Source: Octopus vulgaris (Eukaryota). From it: DNA of 64,000 bases. Made by a program: the position numbers and the translations under genes. This document shows positions 40,207 to 51,361 of the stretch, one piece after another (within the stretch, counting starts at the first letter, position 1; every line of letters begins with the position of its first letter). The stretch spans positions 35,960,001 through 36,024,000 of the forward strand of contig OX597825.1 in NCBI GenBank assembly GCA_951406725.2, given 5' to 3'. A model generated the notes under the pieces. The model was given only the letters and a program-made list of their open reading frames with translations. It did no database searches and was not told the DNA's origin.

Positions 40207-40446
40207 TTATTAATTAATTATAGATGTTATGGATTTGCCCATTTGGCTTTGATACTTGCTGGCCACTAATATTATTATTACTGTTATTTATTTACTACTA
40301 ACAGTAATACTACTTATATAAATGGTTATTCGTATATATACATACATATTGATAGTTAAAAAATCTTATAGCATACAACTGTTAGTTTGCCTGTAAAGCA
40401 CGTTCACTGGTTTAGTGTTCGTTAGAGACGGAAGATGGAAGATACA

Positions 40447-40588
40447 AGATATTCAGTATTCCACCCGCGGGCGATGCTAGATGGGTCGAAACAATTGTGG
40501 TAATCAATAAAGATTCTTGTATCTTCATTGATTACCACAATTGTTTCGACCCATCTAGCATCGCCCGCGGGTGGAATACTGAATATCT
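40447..40588. repeat. Perfect inverted repeat, 62-bp arms
   Basis: 40447-40508 is the exact reverse complement of 40527-40588. Confidence 0.95.
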
Positions 40589-40964
40589 GGTTTATGTGTG
40601 TATCTGTCGGTGTAGATATGTCTTCTCGGGTAATTTCAAGAAGTATCTCGTTAAAATAAACTGTTTCGCAAGATTCTTTTCTTAGTCTTCGTATATCTAA
40701 ATGGCAGATTAAGGTATACAGCTTTATACTTGTAGAAGATCCATGACAAATATCAGATACAAACAGAAACAAATATACAATACAGTGAAAAAAGTATTAG
40801 ATATAACTGTTAGTAGATATGGATGTACAAACGCCTACAGAAACGTGGTCTGGCGCACGTACACTCGCTCGTACAAATACACACGCACATACAAGCGCGC
40901 GCGCACACACACGTGATTTGGCGCTCATACGCTCGCACACAGAAATAAATAGATATTCTTTTCT

Positions 40965-41323
40965 TTTCTACTCTAGGCACAAGGCCCGAAATTTTGGGAG
41001 AAGGGGCCAGTCCATGAGATCGACCTCAGTACGCAACTGATACTTACTTTATCGACCCCGAAAGAATGAAAGGTAAAGTTGACCTCGGCCGAATTTGAAC
41101 TCAGAACGTAAAGACAGACGAAATACCTATTTCTTTACTATCCACAAGGGGCTAAACACAGAGAGGACAAGCAAGGACAGACAAACGGATTAAGTCGTTT
41201 ATATCGACCCCAGTAACTGGTACTTATTTAATCGACCCCGAAAGGATGAACGGCAAAGTCGACCTCGGCGGAATTTGAACTCAGAACGTAACGGCAGACG
41301 AAATACTGCTAAGCATTTCGCCG
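40965..41323 (-). mobile_element. SINE family B, dimeric, CpG-intact
   Basis: Two copies of atcgaccccgaaag.atgaa.gg.aaagt.gacctcggc.gaatttgaactcagaacgtaa. Confidence 0.9.
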
Positions 41324-41769
41324 GATTTGGGAAATAAATAGATATAAATGAAGTCATTACTTATTACTTGCTAGTGATACGACTCCGCTTGGTGTGGAGT
41401 CGCAGATTCACTGGGTCTGGCTGGTATACTTATAGCAGTTGTACAGTCATGAATATGGACTTAAATTCTGACACAGTAGGTGTGTATTTTTTGAATGACT
41501 AATGAAACAACCGATAGTGTGCAGAAAGCATCAATGCCAGGGTTAGGAACACCAATGTAGATAGGCGCAGGTTTTTTCTTTTTGCATTTTCATACCACGT
41601 GGAGCGATACTTATTGAGAGATTGAAGCTGGTATTTTTCTCACTTTAAGCGGGATACAATGGCCAAAGTGAGGTTGACAACTAGTGTAGCATTGTGTTTT
41701 TAAGAACGGGGTGGTTGCAGTTATTCATTCATACATTTAGGTAAAGTGTGGTTGTTGATTTGGTCAGCG

Positions 41770-41842
41770 ATTACCAATCGGTTTCGCACCGGATGTTAGA
41801 TAACGGCCTGATTATGTAACCTTGCGCTCATCAGAGCTAGCT
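41770..41842 (-). ncRNA. Minimal hammerhead-like motif
   Basis: Minus strand: CTGATGA-gcgc...gtgc-GAAA-ccgatt; core and stem II intact, stems I and III degenerate. Confidence 0.45.
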
Positions 41843-42610
41843 GTCATATCTGTTTACTTAACTTGTTACTCTTTGTAATATCCAAGTGCATCGTTTCAGA
41901 ATCACTTCTCAAAGACATATTTTATTGGAAAGTAACAAGATCTAGTATCAGTCGTCAATCAAAGAATTGCTAATGGATTGGTCATTTGTTCGGTCAACTA
42001 CCGATTTTACAATTAAACTAATGTCAGGTTTAATGATTCTGCTGTGTCAGTCACCGAGATATGTTTGTCGACTCTTGAAACGTGTTAGCTCATATAACAC
42101 AGTCAAACGGTTTCGGACACTGCAACCTCTCTTTATGAGTTATATATAGAAAATTACCAAACGATACTTCAGCAGATACAAAGGCTTTTAAGAAAAATGC
42201 TAAAACCAATTAGCAGAGAAAAAATTATTATAACGAATTAGTAATTGGAGAATAAAATTTTTTGACAGTTGTCGGAAATTCAAACCGCCGGCAAGAATTT
42301 ATACTTCAGAGTAAAGTGATATTGTCGTATTGTTTTCGTTACAAAATACATAAGGCTAGAATTAAATTTAGCATTCGTTTTATATTGAAACTACAATAAA
42401 TCAAAATTATGTCTCCAGACGTTTCTCATGCGTACTAGCATAAACGGATATTTGCACATTTAGCTGATCCTCAGGTATTTTCTTTTAGACTGAACTCGTA
42501 TATTATGTCTGAACAATGTTACAACACGATTTTTTAAAGCAATTTTTATTTAGTTGTGCTATTATCTCCTAAATTCACACAGACACATATGCACACGCAC
42601 ACACACACAC

Positions 42611-42653
<43 letters not shown>

Positions 42654-42662
42654 CATATATAT

Positions 42663-43058
42663 ATTTCATATGACACCGCTAGGAAAAACTCCCATTTTCC
42701 CTAGCGGTGTCATATGAAATTGTCACCCATAATTATAATCCTAGTATCGATCTATTGCATTTCAATCTATTTTAGATTTGGGTTAGTTAGGGATAGGGTT
42801 AAGGCTAGGGTGAGGGTTAGGGTTAGTGACAGGATGTTGTCTCAGTTTTAGACGCAGCAAATGATTTTAGCTCAATAGAGGCAATTGATTGGTTAAAATT
42901 CAAAAAATTAAACTACGTTAAACTTACAAATTACAATTTTCTCAAGAAAGCCAAGGGAAAAATGTTTATTTTGACACATTCTACCAGTATACGAAGTTTT
43001 AAAGTGTTTAGTTAACTAGAAATTGTGTTGAAAACTGCCGTTCAAAAGGAAAAGATCC
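42663..43058. mobile_element. Merlin-type MITE with a folded-back left end and TTAGGG-like tract
   Basis: Right TIR ctgccgttcaaaaggaaaaGATCC; body matches 46190-46595; left end is a 21-bp perfect inverted repeat (42663-42683 / 42700-42720). Confidence 0.75.
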
Positions 43059-43195
43059 AAGAAGTATTTTATGAGTACAAGAAAACGTGGTGGGAATATG
43101 TATTGGTGATGCACGCGCCAAGGAAGCACGGAGTGGGTCAATGAGGAAAGACACATAGTTCGAAGGTGGCACCCTTTCTCTTAGGACTGTAGTGC

Positions 43196-43456
43196 CATGG
43201 GCCCGGAAACAGGGGGTGTAGGGGTGCATGTGCACCTCCTAAAATTTTCGTTGGCTGCAAAATCAATATTTGCATCCCTACTTGCTTTCCTCAGGTTTAG
43301 AAAACAGTGCGTAAAAAGAGATCTATAAAAAGTAGCTTCAAGTTAGGTTTCTTCTCAAAAAACAAATAACAAAAATAAATAAATAAAAACTTGTTTGTAA
43401 AAAAACTTTGGTTCTGGGTTTGCACCCCCAAAGCAAATTTCGTTCCCGAGCCAGTG
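43196..43456. mobile_element. hAT-like MITE
   Basis: 8-bp TSD tgtagtgc (43188-43195 and 43457-43464); imperfect CA...TG terminal inverted repeats. Confidence 0.8.
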
Positions 43457-43919
43457 TGTAGTGCTTTTCCTTTTCTCATGGGTTTAGGAATTGACTTCAG
43501 TCCGGTTATGTGTTGAACTGGGGATGAGCCATTGCACAACTGTCGATTATAACAGCTATGTTAGAAAAGTATGTGCAGTCTTTAGATTGTTGAGTTGTTT
43601 GCTTTTTTGAAATATCTAATTTGTAATGTGCTATTTTGTTTTTGGATAAATCTTATAAATTTTTACTATAAGTTTCTTATTTTGAGAAATATTTAATTTG
43701 TAACGTGATGTTTATCGCATTAAATGCATACTGAATACTTAAAACTACAAAATGCGTGTTGTTTACTCGTTATTTTGTCAGAGATGGTTGTGAGGTGTGC
43801 TAAAAATAGCAGCTAAATAGGCCTGAAATCACGCACCCCAACAATTTTTTTAATTTCTTACATAATCGTATGAAGGCTCAGGAAAGACTCCCCCCCCCAT
43901 CCCCACCCAATATCTCCGA

Positions 43920-44790
43920 ATTAAAAATTTTTTTTCCCCAAAACCCACGTTTTCGGCTCAGGAGATTCCGGAAAAATGCCAAAAATCGGCATTTTAAAAT
44001 TTTCCCACCCTAAATTCATCATTTTTGACGTTTTCGGAATTTTTTTTCTTTTTTTAAATATACAGAAATATACGGAGATTATGATTCTGAACAAAATTTC
44101 CCAAAATCTTTGTAAAATTTCAACTAAAAACTGAAAAAGAAAAAAAATACCCCTCCTCTCCTCGTCTACGGCATAAACACGAAGTTTTGAAACCCTTTTC
44201 GCCATTGCGAATGCATTGACTGCGACACTGAAAGTGAAACTCTGGAAGTGAAACTCTGGTGATGGGTGGACGACATGGGGGGAAAAGGTTTTCGGAAATT
44301 TTTTTTTTTTAATTTTCGGTTTTAAAATTCTGTCATTTTTTAAATTCTATTTTATTTTATTTTTTTTTATAGAAATCCCCGTTTTCGAGTACGGAGATTA
44401 CGAATCTGAAAAACAAAAAAGTTGGCAAAACTCGGCATTTTAAAATTTCAATTTCTCTCCTTCCCCTCCAATTTCTTCATTTTTAAATATTTTTCAGAAA
44501 TTTTCTTTTTTCAAAATATGCGGGAAAATGCAGAGATTATAATACTGCAAAAAATTGGCAAAAAATTTTGTAAAATTCCAATTTAAAAAGAAAAAAAAAC
44601 ATTACCCCTCCCCTCCCATCACAGTCTACGGCATAAATACGAAGTTTTGAAACCCTTTTCGCCATTGCGCATGCGTTGACAACGATGCTAAAAGTGAAAC
44701 TTCGTAAATGGTGTGTTGATGGGTGCGCGACACGGGGGAAAAAGTTTTTGGAAATTTTGTTATTTTATTTTCGGTTTTAAAATGCGTCGT
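43920..44790 (+). repeat. Two diverged tandem units of about 460 bp
   Basis: gtctacggcataaa.acgaagtttt.gaaacccttttcgccattgcg at about 44164 and 44624; inverted copy at 46970-47480. Confidence 0.85.
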
Positions 44791-45146
44791 TACTTTCTCT
44801 TTGATTTCCAAATAAGTTTTTTAAATACTTCGAAATCAAAACTGGGCGCATCCGTACGTTAAATAAGCAGCCGGTAAGCAGACTATTCACGTGCAAGAAA
44901 TAGCAGCCAAATCTCACACAAACTCTTTTTCGCATAATTCTTTTTGTTAATTTTTTTTCCATACGATTCATAGACGCGGATTATATCGCATTTTTGGGGG
45001 GTGGGGTGCGGAAGCTATTCGTAGGGGTGGGGATGAGTTTCGACAAAAATTCCAAACTGGTCGGATTTGTTTCTTGGCGATAAAATTTCAGAGAAATTTC
45101 CCGCGGTAAAAGCAGGTATTATATATACTGTGTGACAAAAAGTGAG

Positions 45147-46085
45147 GAAGGCCAGATTTTCCTAGTTAACTAAAAAATTTGAAACTTCGTATACTGGTAG
45201 AATGTGTCAAAAGAAAACATTATTGTAAGCAAAATTGAAAACAAAATTGTAATTCGTAACTTAAACGTAGTTTAATTTTAAGAATTTTAACCAATGAAAT
45301 CGCAGCATTCGAGCTCAAATTATTTACCTCTTCTTCTGTCTTCTACATGTGCTAGAAATAACAGCTATATCTCTTAAATCGATTAATTTCGTCGCCCAAT
45401 AAAAATATTAACTATATTTTTTGAATATTTTCTTTATTTTTTTTTTACCGAAAAGGCTTCTCCCACGGTTTTGAAGGGCCAGAAACAACAAAAACAAAAC
45501 AATGATATGCCTAAATCGGTCTCGAGTTTGCGCGTGGAGTGTTAGTAGTATTGTAAAAATTTGCGAAATATTTTTTCATAAAAGGATGCCCCCAGCTTGT
45601 CGGAAGCTGTGATATAAATTGGGAAAAAAATCCTCGACAACAGTGCGTAATTGGTACTTAATTTATCGACCCCGGAACGATGAAACATTGACCCCCCCTC
45701 CCTTCTGTGCAAATTTGTTGCGGCAAGTGGCAAAACACGAACGTGTATTTTTGCTTGTGTGCGTATGTGTGTGTATGTATATGTCCGTTTGTATGTGTGT
45801 GTACGCTTATATATTAATTACTATGTGCTTGTGCAAATGTGCGTGTGTGTGTGTGTGTGTGTGTCGTGCGTCTGCTATATTTCTTTATCAATATCGATAA
45901 CGCAGCAATGTTGGGATTTCATTGGTTAAAATTCGTAAAAATTAAACTACGTTTAAGTTACAAATTACAATTTTGTTTTCAATTTTGTTTACAATAATGT
46001 TTTCTTTTGACACATTCTACCAGTATACGAAGTTTCAAATTTTTTAGTTAACTAGGAAAATCTGGCCTTCAAAAAGAAAAGATCC
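45147..46085. mobile_element. Merlin-type foldback element with about 160-bp inverted arms
   Basis: 45147-45309 is inverted relative to 45907-46070; right end aaagaaaaGATCC; left tip missing. Confidence 0.75.
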
Positions 46086-46159
46086 TAAATATAAATATAC
46101 ATACACACACACATATATATATAAAATGAACATTTTATTTTCACTTTTTGCCAGAGTAT

Positions 46160-46595
46160 GGATCTTTTCGGTTTGAACGGCAGCTTTTTCTAGCGGTGTC
46201 ATATGAAATTATCACCCATAATTATGACCCTAGTATCGATCTATTGCATTTCAATCTGTTTTAGGGTTAGGGTTAGAGTTAGGGTTAAGGTTAGGGGTGG
46301 GGGGAAGGATATCTTTTTTTCTTCAGAAATGTAAATAAACCCAATCTGTTTCTTAAACGAGGGACATATTCATACGGCACAGAATGTTTTCACCTCAATA
46401 GACGTAACTGATTGGTTAAAATTGTGAAATTGAAGGAAAAAAAAACAACAACTACGTTACAAGCTATAGAATTTTCTCAATAAAGCCAAGAGAAAAAGAT
46501 GTTTTATAAAAACATTCTACCAGTATACGAAGTTTAAAAGTGTTTAGTTACGTGGAAATTATTTTAAAAAACTGCCGGTCAAACCGAAAAGATCC
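46160..46595. mobile_element. Complete Merlin-type MITE with (TTAGGG)n tract
   Basis: TIR GGATCTTTTCGGTTTGAACGGCAG / CTGCCGGTCAAACCGAAAAGATCC; 8-bp TSD cagagtat (46152-46159 and 46596-46603). Confidence 0.9.
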
Positions 46596-46969
46596 CAGAG
46601 TATAGCTGAGTTTTTACCGCGGGAAATTTCTCTGAAATTTTATCGCCAAGAAACAAAGAAAAGTCTTCCGCCCGTCCCCCCACCATTTTCTCCTAAATTT
46701 GTTTATTTTTGTAATTTTTTTCTTTTTGCCAAAAATCCCCGTTTTCGGATACGGAGGCTCCGGAAAATTGCCAAAAATCGGCATTGTGAAATTCCCACCC
46801 CCTTTTCCCCCAACTTCTTCAATTTTTACTTTTTTCCCTAACATTAACCCTAAAACCCTAAACCTAAAACCGTATCGAAAAAAAGAAAGAGTCAAAAATG
46901 AATAAATTGGAGGGGAGAGGGCGAAATTAAAATTTTGAAATTTTGAACGGGGATTTCTGTAAAAAAAAA

Positions 46970-47480
46970 GAAGAGAGAATTGAGCTGTCCGCATTTTAAA
47001 ACCGAAAATTAAAAAAAAAATTTCCGTAAACTATTTCCCCCATTTCGCCCACCCATCACTACACCACTCCCAAACTTTCACTTTTAGCGTCGCAGTCAAC
47101 GCATGCGCAAAGGCGAAAAGGGTTTCAAAACTTCGTGTTTATGCCGTAGACTGCGAGGGGAGGGGGAGGGGATTTTTTTTGTTTTTTAAATTGAAATTTT
47201 ACAAAAATTTTTTGAAATTTTTGGCAAATATTTTTCGGAATCATAATCTCCGTGTTTTTCCGCATATTTTGAGAGAAATTTTTTTGGGAAAAGTAGCCGT
47301 ACACTGTGAGGGGAGGGGTATTTTTTTTTCTTTTTAAATTGAAATTTTACAAAATTTTTGGAAATTTTTTTCAGAATCATTATTTTCGTATTTTTCTGCA
47401 TATTTTGAAAAAAAAAAAACATTCTGAAAAATGTCAGAAACGAGGAGATTAAGGGGGGGAGATTTCAAAATGCCGATTTT
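46970..47480 (-). repeat. Inverted copy of the 460-bp unit
   Basis: gcgaaaagggtttcaaaacttcgtgtttatgccgtagac is the reverse complement of the 44164/44624 motif. Confidence 0.85.
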
Positions 47481-47851
47481 TGCCATTTTTTTTTTTACAA
47501 AAACGTATTCTCTTTAGGGGAAAATAGGGGTTTGTGTAAAAAAAAATGAAGGAAAAAGAAAGAAAAGGGGGGTATTTGGGTGTGACGTACGGAAGTCTTG
47601 CCAAGGCCTGCGTGTAGAATACAAATTCGCAAAAATTTTCTGAAAATTTCAAAAAATAAAATAAGTTATGCGGGGTTATATGTCATGAGTAAATTTGTTT
47701 ACAAATGCTCTTTAGGATGTTGACAAAATGTGCAGTCACACACAAAATGACAGCTTCCAAATCCTGTTTCCTGACTAGGTGAAAATGATCAAACTTTAAA
47801 CCCATATAACTTTTATAATTTTTGTGGAAAAGGTGTGAAATAACTGCAGCA

Positions 47852-48496
47852 GGATCTTTACCTTTTGACCTACAGATTTAAAAAATAATTTTTGTAACTA
47901 AACACTTTCAAAATTCGGAGACTGGTAGAATGTGTCATATAAAACATATTTTACTCTTAGCATTTTTGACAAAAACTTATATTTACGAAGTTATTTCACG
48001 TTAAAGTTATCGAATTTCGGTAATTTCAACCAATCAATGACTTGTATTCAGCTGAATAAAATTACTGCCATTGTTTGTCAACAAGAACTTCCGGCTGTAT
48101 ATATTTCGTTTGTCACTGTTATTTATGACAACCCTAACTCTAAAACTCTAACCCTAACCCTAAAACTTTAACCGTAAAACCCTAACCCTAACCCTAAAAC
48201 CTTAAAACAGTAAAAACGCACGAACAATGTCATAAATAACAATGACAAACGAAAAATACACTGCCGATAGTTGTTGTTGACAAACAACGGCAGTAATTTT
48301 ATTCAGCGGAATACACATCATTGATTGGTTGAAATTACCGAAATACGACAACTTTAACGTGAAATTACTTCGTAAATATAAGTTTTTCTCAAAAATGCTA
48401 AGAGTAAAAGATGTTTTATATGACACATTTTACCAGTGTCCGAAGTTTGAAAGTGTTTAGTTACAAAAAATTATTTTTTAAATCTGTAGGTCAAAA
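47852..48496. mobile_element. Merlin-type foldback element: about 270-bp arms around a CCCTAA-like spacer
   Basis: Starts GGATCTTT; 47863-48130 is inverted relative to 48227-48496, which explains the mirrored ORFs 47932+ and 48202-. Confidence 0.85.
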
Positions 48497-49231
48497 TTTT
48501 AAAATTTTCAATAAACTTTGATTTTTGAAATCTTGGCAGCCAAACAGAAGAGATCTGTGTTTTGCCCCAAAAAACTCTGAAACGGTGCATTCTCGAGAAA
48601 GATGAAATTTGGTTTTCGAATTCTGCGTCCCGCAGACAATGTCGTTCGTAAATGGAATGATAATAAAAATATATATTTTTCTACAAGAAATAGCTTAACT
48701 TCTAGATCGACAACCCTCCCACTCTCTATCGATTACCATCAAGCTATCTCTCTATATATATTTACCATACTCTTTGACATACTCTCTCTTTGTGTTTGTA
48801 TTAACTCTCACGCATAACACTCATTTTGTTTAAAACTTCTAATGTTTCTTTCATTTTATCACACCTATCACGTATAGAAATCTTGTTTTCTGATTGGGTA
48901 AAAATGATCAAACTTTAAACCTCTTATATTTTTCTAAAATCTCTCTGGAATAAATGAATTACAAATTTGGATTCATTATGAAGTAAATCAGTATACCAAA
49001 TTTCAAAATTTTCACTTGATTTTAAAATTTCAAAATCTGTGACTGCGACAGAAAAGATCTCTCTCTCTCTCTCTCTCTCGCTCTCGCTCGTTCCCTTGAT
49101 CTTTCTCACTCCCTCTCTCTCCCCATCTCTCTCTCATTCTCCGTCTCTCTTTTGAATGACTTTTAAAAAGGCATGTAAATAATAGTTTATTTAAATAGCA
49201 TACTTTTCTGTTAGTAAATATGTTTTTTCTT

Positions 49232-49276
<45 letters not shown>

Positions 49277-49647
49277 GACGGACACACACACACACGGGCA
49301 CACACACACACACACACACACACATACGGGCGGGCACACACACACACACACACGGACTGAGGTTAAAGATTTAAATGATTTGTTTGTTGTTGCTTATATC
49401 CCAACAATGGACCACCACCTTTGAGCGCATCATCATGCTTGAATCCAACCTTTGAGTGCATCATCATTCCATAACATGTGCTCATAGGGATAAAAATACT
49501 GAAAAACATCAATACATGCCAGAGTGACAAAGAAACAAGGTACCAGGTAGTCGTGGGATGTGAAGAAACAACAGCTAAACCACACACCTTTTCATATGAA
49601 AATTATTTTGAAATCATGAACAGAAACAAATTGCAGATTCGAAATTT

Positions 49648-49995
49648 TACTTTTATTTGTTGCAGTCATTTGACTGCAGCCATGCTGGAGCACCGTCTTT
49701 AGTCGAACAAATCGACCCCAGGACTTATTCTTTGTAAATCTAGTACTTATTCTATCGGTCTCTCTCTTGCTGAACCGCTAAGTGACAGGGACGTAAACAC
49801 ACCAGCATCGGTTGTCAATTGATGTTGGGGGACAAACACAGACACACAAACATATACATATAAATATATATTCAAAGGGCTTCTTTCAATTTCCGTCTAC
49901 CAAATCCACTCACAAGGCTTTGGCCGGCCCGAGGCTATAGTAGAAGACACATGCCCAAGGTGCCACGCAGTGGGACTGAACCCAGAAACATGTGT
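49648..49995 (-). mobile_element. SINE family A, head truncated, CpG-retaining
   Basis: Reverse-complement match to 57290-57676. Confidence 0.85.
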
Positions 49996-50954
49996 CCATA
50001 TTTTAAAACTGTTGTTGAAATAAATTCGAAAACAAGCCAAAATTTTAGTATATATGGGATAGGCTAATGAAAAAAGTTTTGAGATAATTCAATATTATTT
50101 TAAAATTAAATTTCAGTTTCTGTTTGAAAATAACGGAAGTAAGGATTGTAATGGAGATTGCCGATTTATAAATTTTTTTAACCTTCAATGTTTCTCCCGT
50201 TGTTATTAAATTCATACTGCAAAGGAAAAGTAGGTCAAAATCAGAAGTGAGTGGGGGAGTGGGGTTCGATAAAATTCACAAATTTTCAAAATTTTTTTTT
50301 CTTTTTACCAAGAGGATGTCCCCATTGCTTTTAAGTGCGTGGTGCCAAAAAAATATTGAACAGAATTGTCCGGTAAGGTGGAGGGATTCAAAAATTTTCC
50401 GAACCATTTTCCCCAATCATTTGCAAGGGTGTGGCGAAAAACAAATTTGAAAAATCCCTATCAAAATGGAGAAAATCCAAGTTATGTGGATGTGCTATTC
50501 CGAAAGTCTACTATTCTATTGAGAAAATTATGCGGCAACGATGAGATAATCAGCTGTGTGTGTACATGTGTATTTAGGAATAGTAATGGAGTTATTCAAG
50601 AATTTCATATGCTGGCACTTATCAAATGCGCGAACTTAGAAAATAATGACGCTATTGAATAAAAATTGTTTAGAAAAATCATGTAACATTGTTCAGACAT
50701 AATATACTCTGTTATATAGATTCATTATGAATGTAAATAATGTACTTCACTGGAAAGTAACTCGTGTTTTAAGTGAAGAGATTAGTGTCCAACAAAATGG
50801 TAACATTTGCTCATCCAGCTTTCACACATGTTGTTAGTTCCAGGATGGTCATTCGTGATGGCTTGATGCACGTTCAAAAGTCCATGTGAGAATTTTGCTG
50901 GACTCTCTGCTAGGGGTTTGCATCTTCTTTGATTATATTAATCAGACATAGGAT

Positions 50955-51361
50955 GATTCTTCTCTGTATATGGTCAGTGCGTCCCTGAGCTGGTCGATCA
51001 AGTTGCTGAATAGGGTGGAATCGTCCACATACCCCAGGTCAGTAAGGTGGTAGTTCCCGAAGGTAGTGCCGGAGACTCGCTTTTAGACTTAGGTAATCAG
51101 ATAATCGATGATACAATCGAAGAGGTCTGACCCCACTGTTGATGGGGAACCTGTTAGAATCCTCTTGGGAGGTTGGACGTGATTAAGAAAGATCTCCAGA
51201 GGCTCAACATCACCTTGAAGGATGCAGAAGGATTGGCATGGAACCGCCAGCAATGGAGAGCACTGGCAGGCCTGGTCAGTTCTGCAAATGATGACGTCTC
51301 TGGGACCAATAACCTGGGATGACCCCAGCCCCATCAAGCTTGAGCATGAAGTAAACAAGCA
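50955..51361 (+). mobile_element. 5'-truncated, 5'-inverted RTE-clade LINE insertion
   Basis: TSD agacataggat (50944-50954 and 51362-51372); minus-strand FGNYHLTDLGYVDDSTLF (RT YADD region) abuts plus-strand LDVIKKDLQRLNITLKDAEGLAWNRQQWRAL (RTE C-terminus) and a short aag/caag tail. Confidence 0.85.

Noticed and set aside
41371-41402. Hairpin cgactccgc/gtggagtcg 5 nt from CTAG, a possible Helitron 3' end on the minus strand
   Set aside because: CTAG is not followed by T and no matching 5' TC end was identified.
46261-46295. TTAGGG runs as a true telomere or fusion scar
   Set aside because: Short, degenerate and enclosed within TIR/TSD-bounded MITEs.
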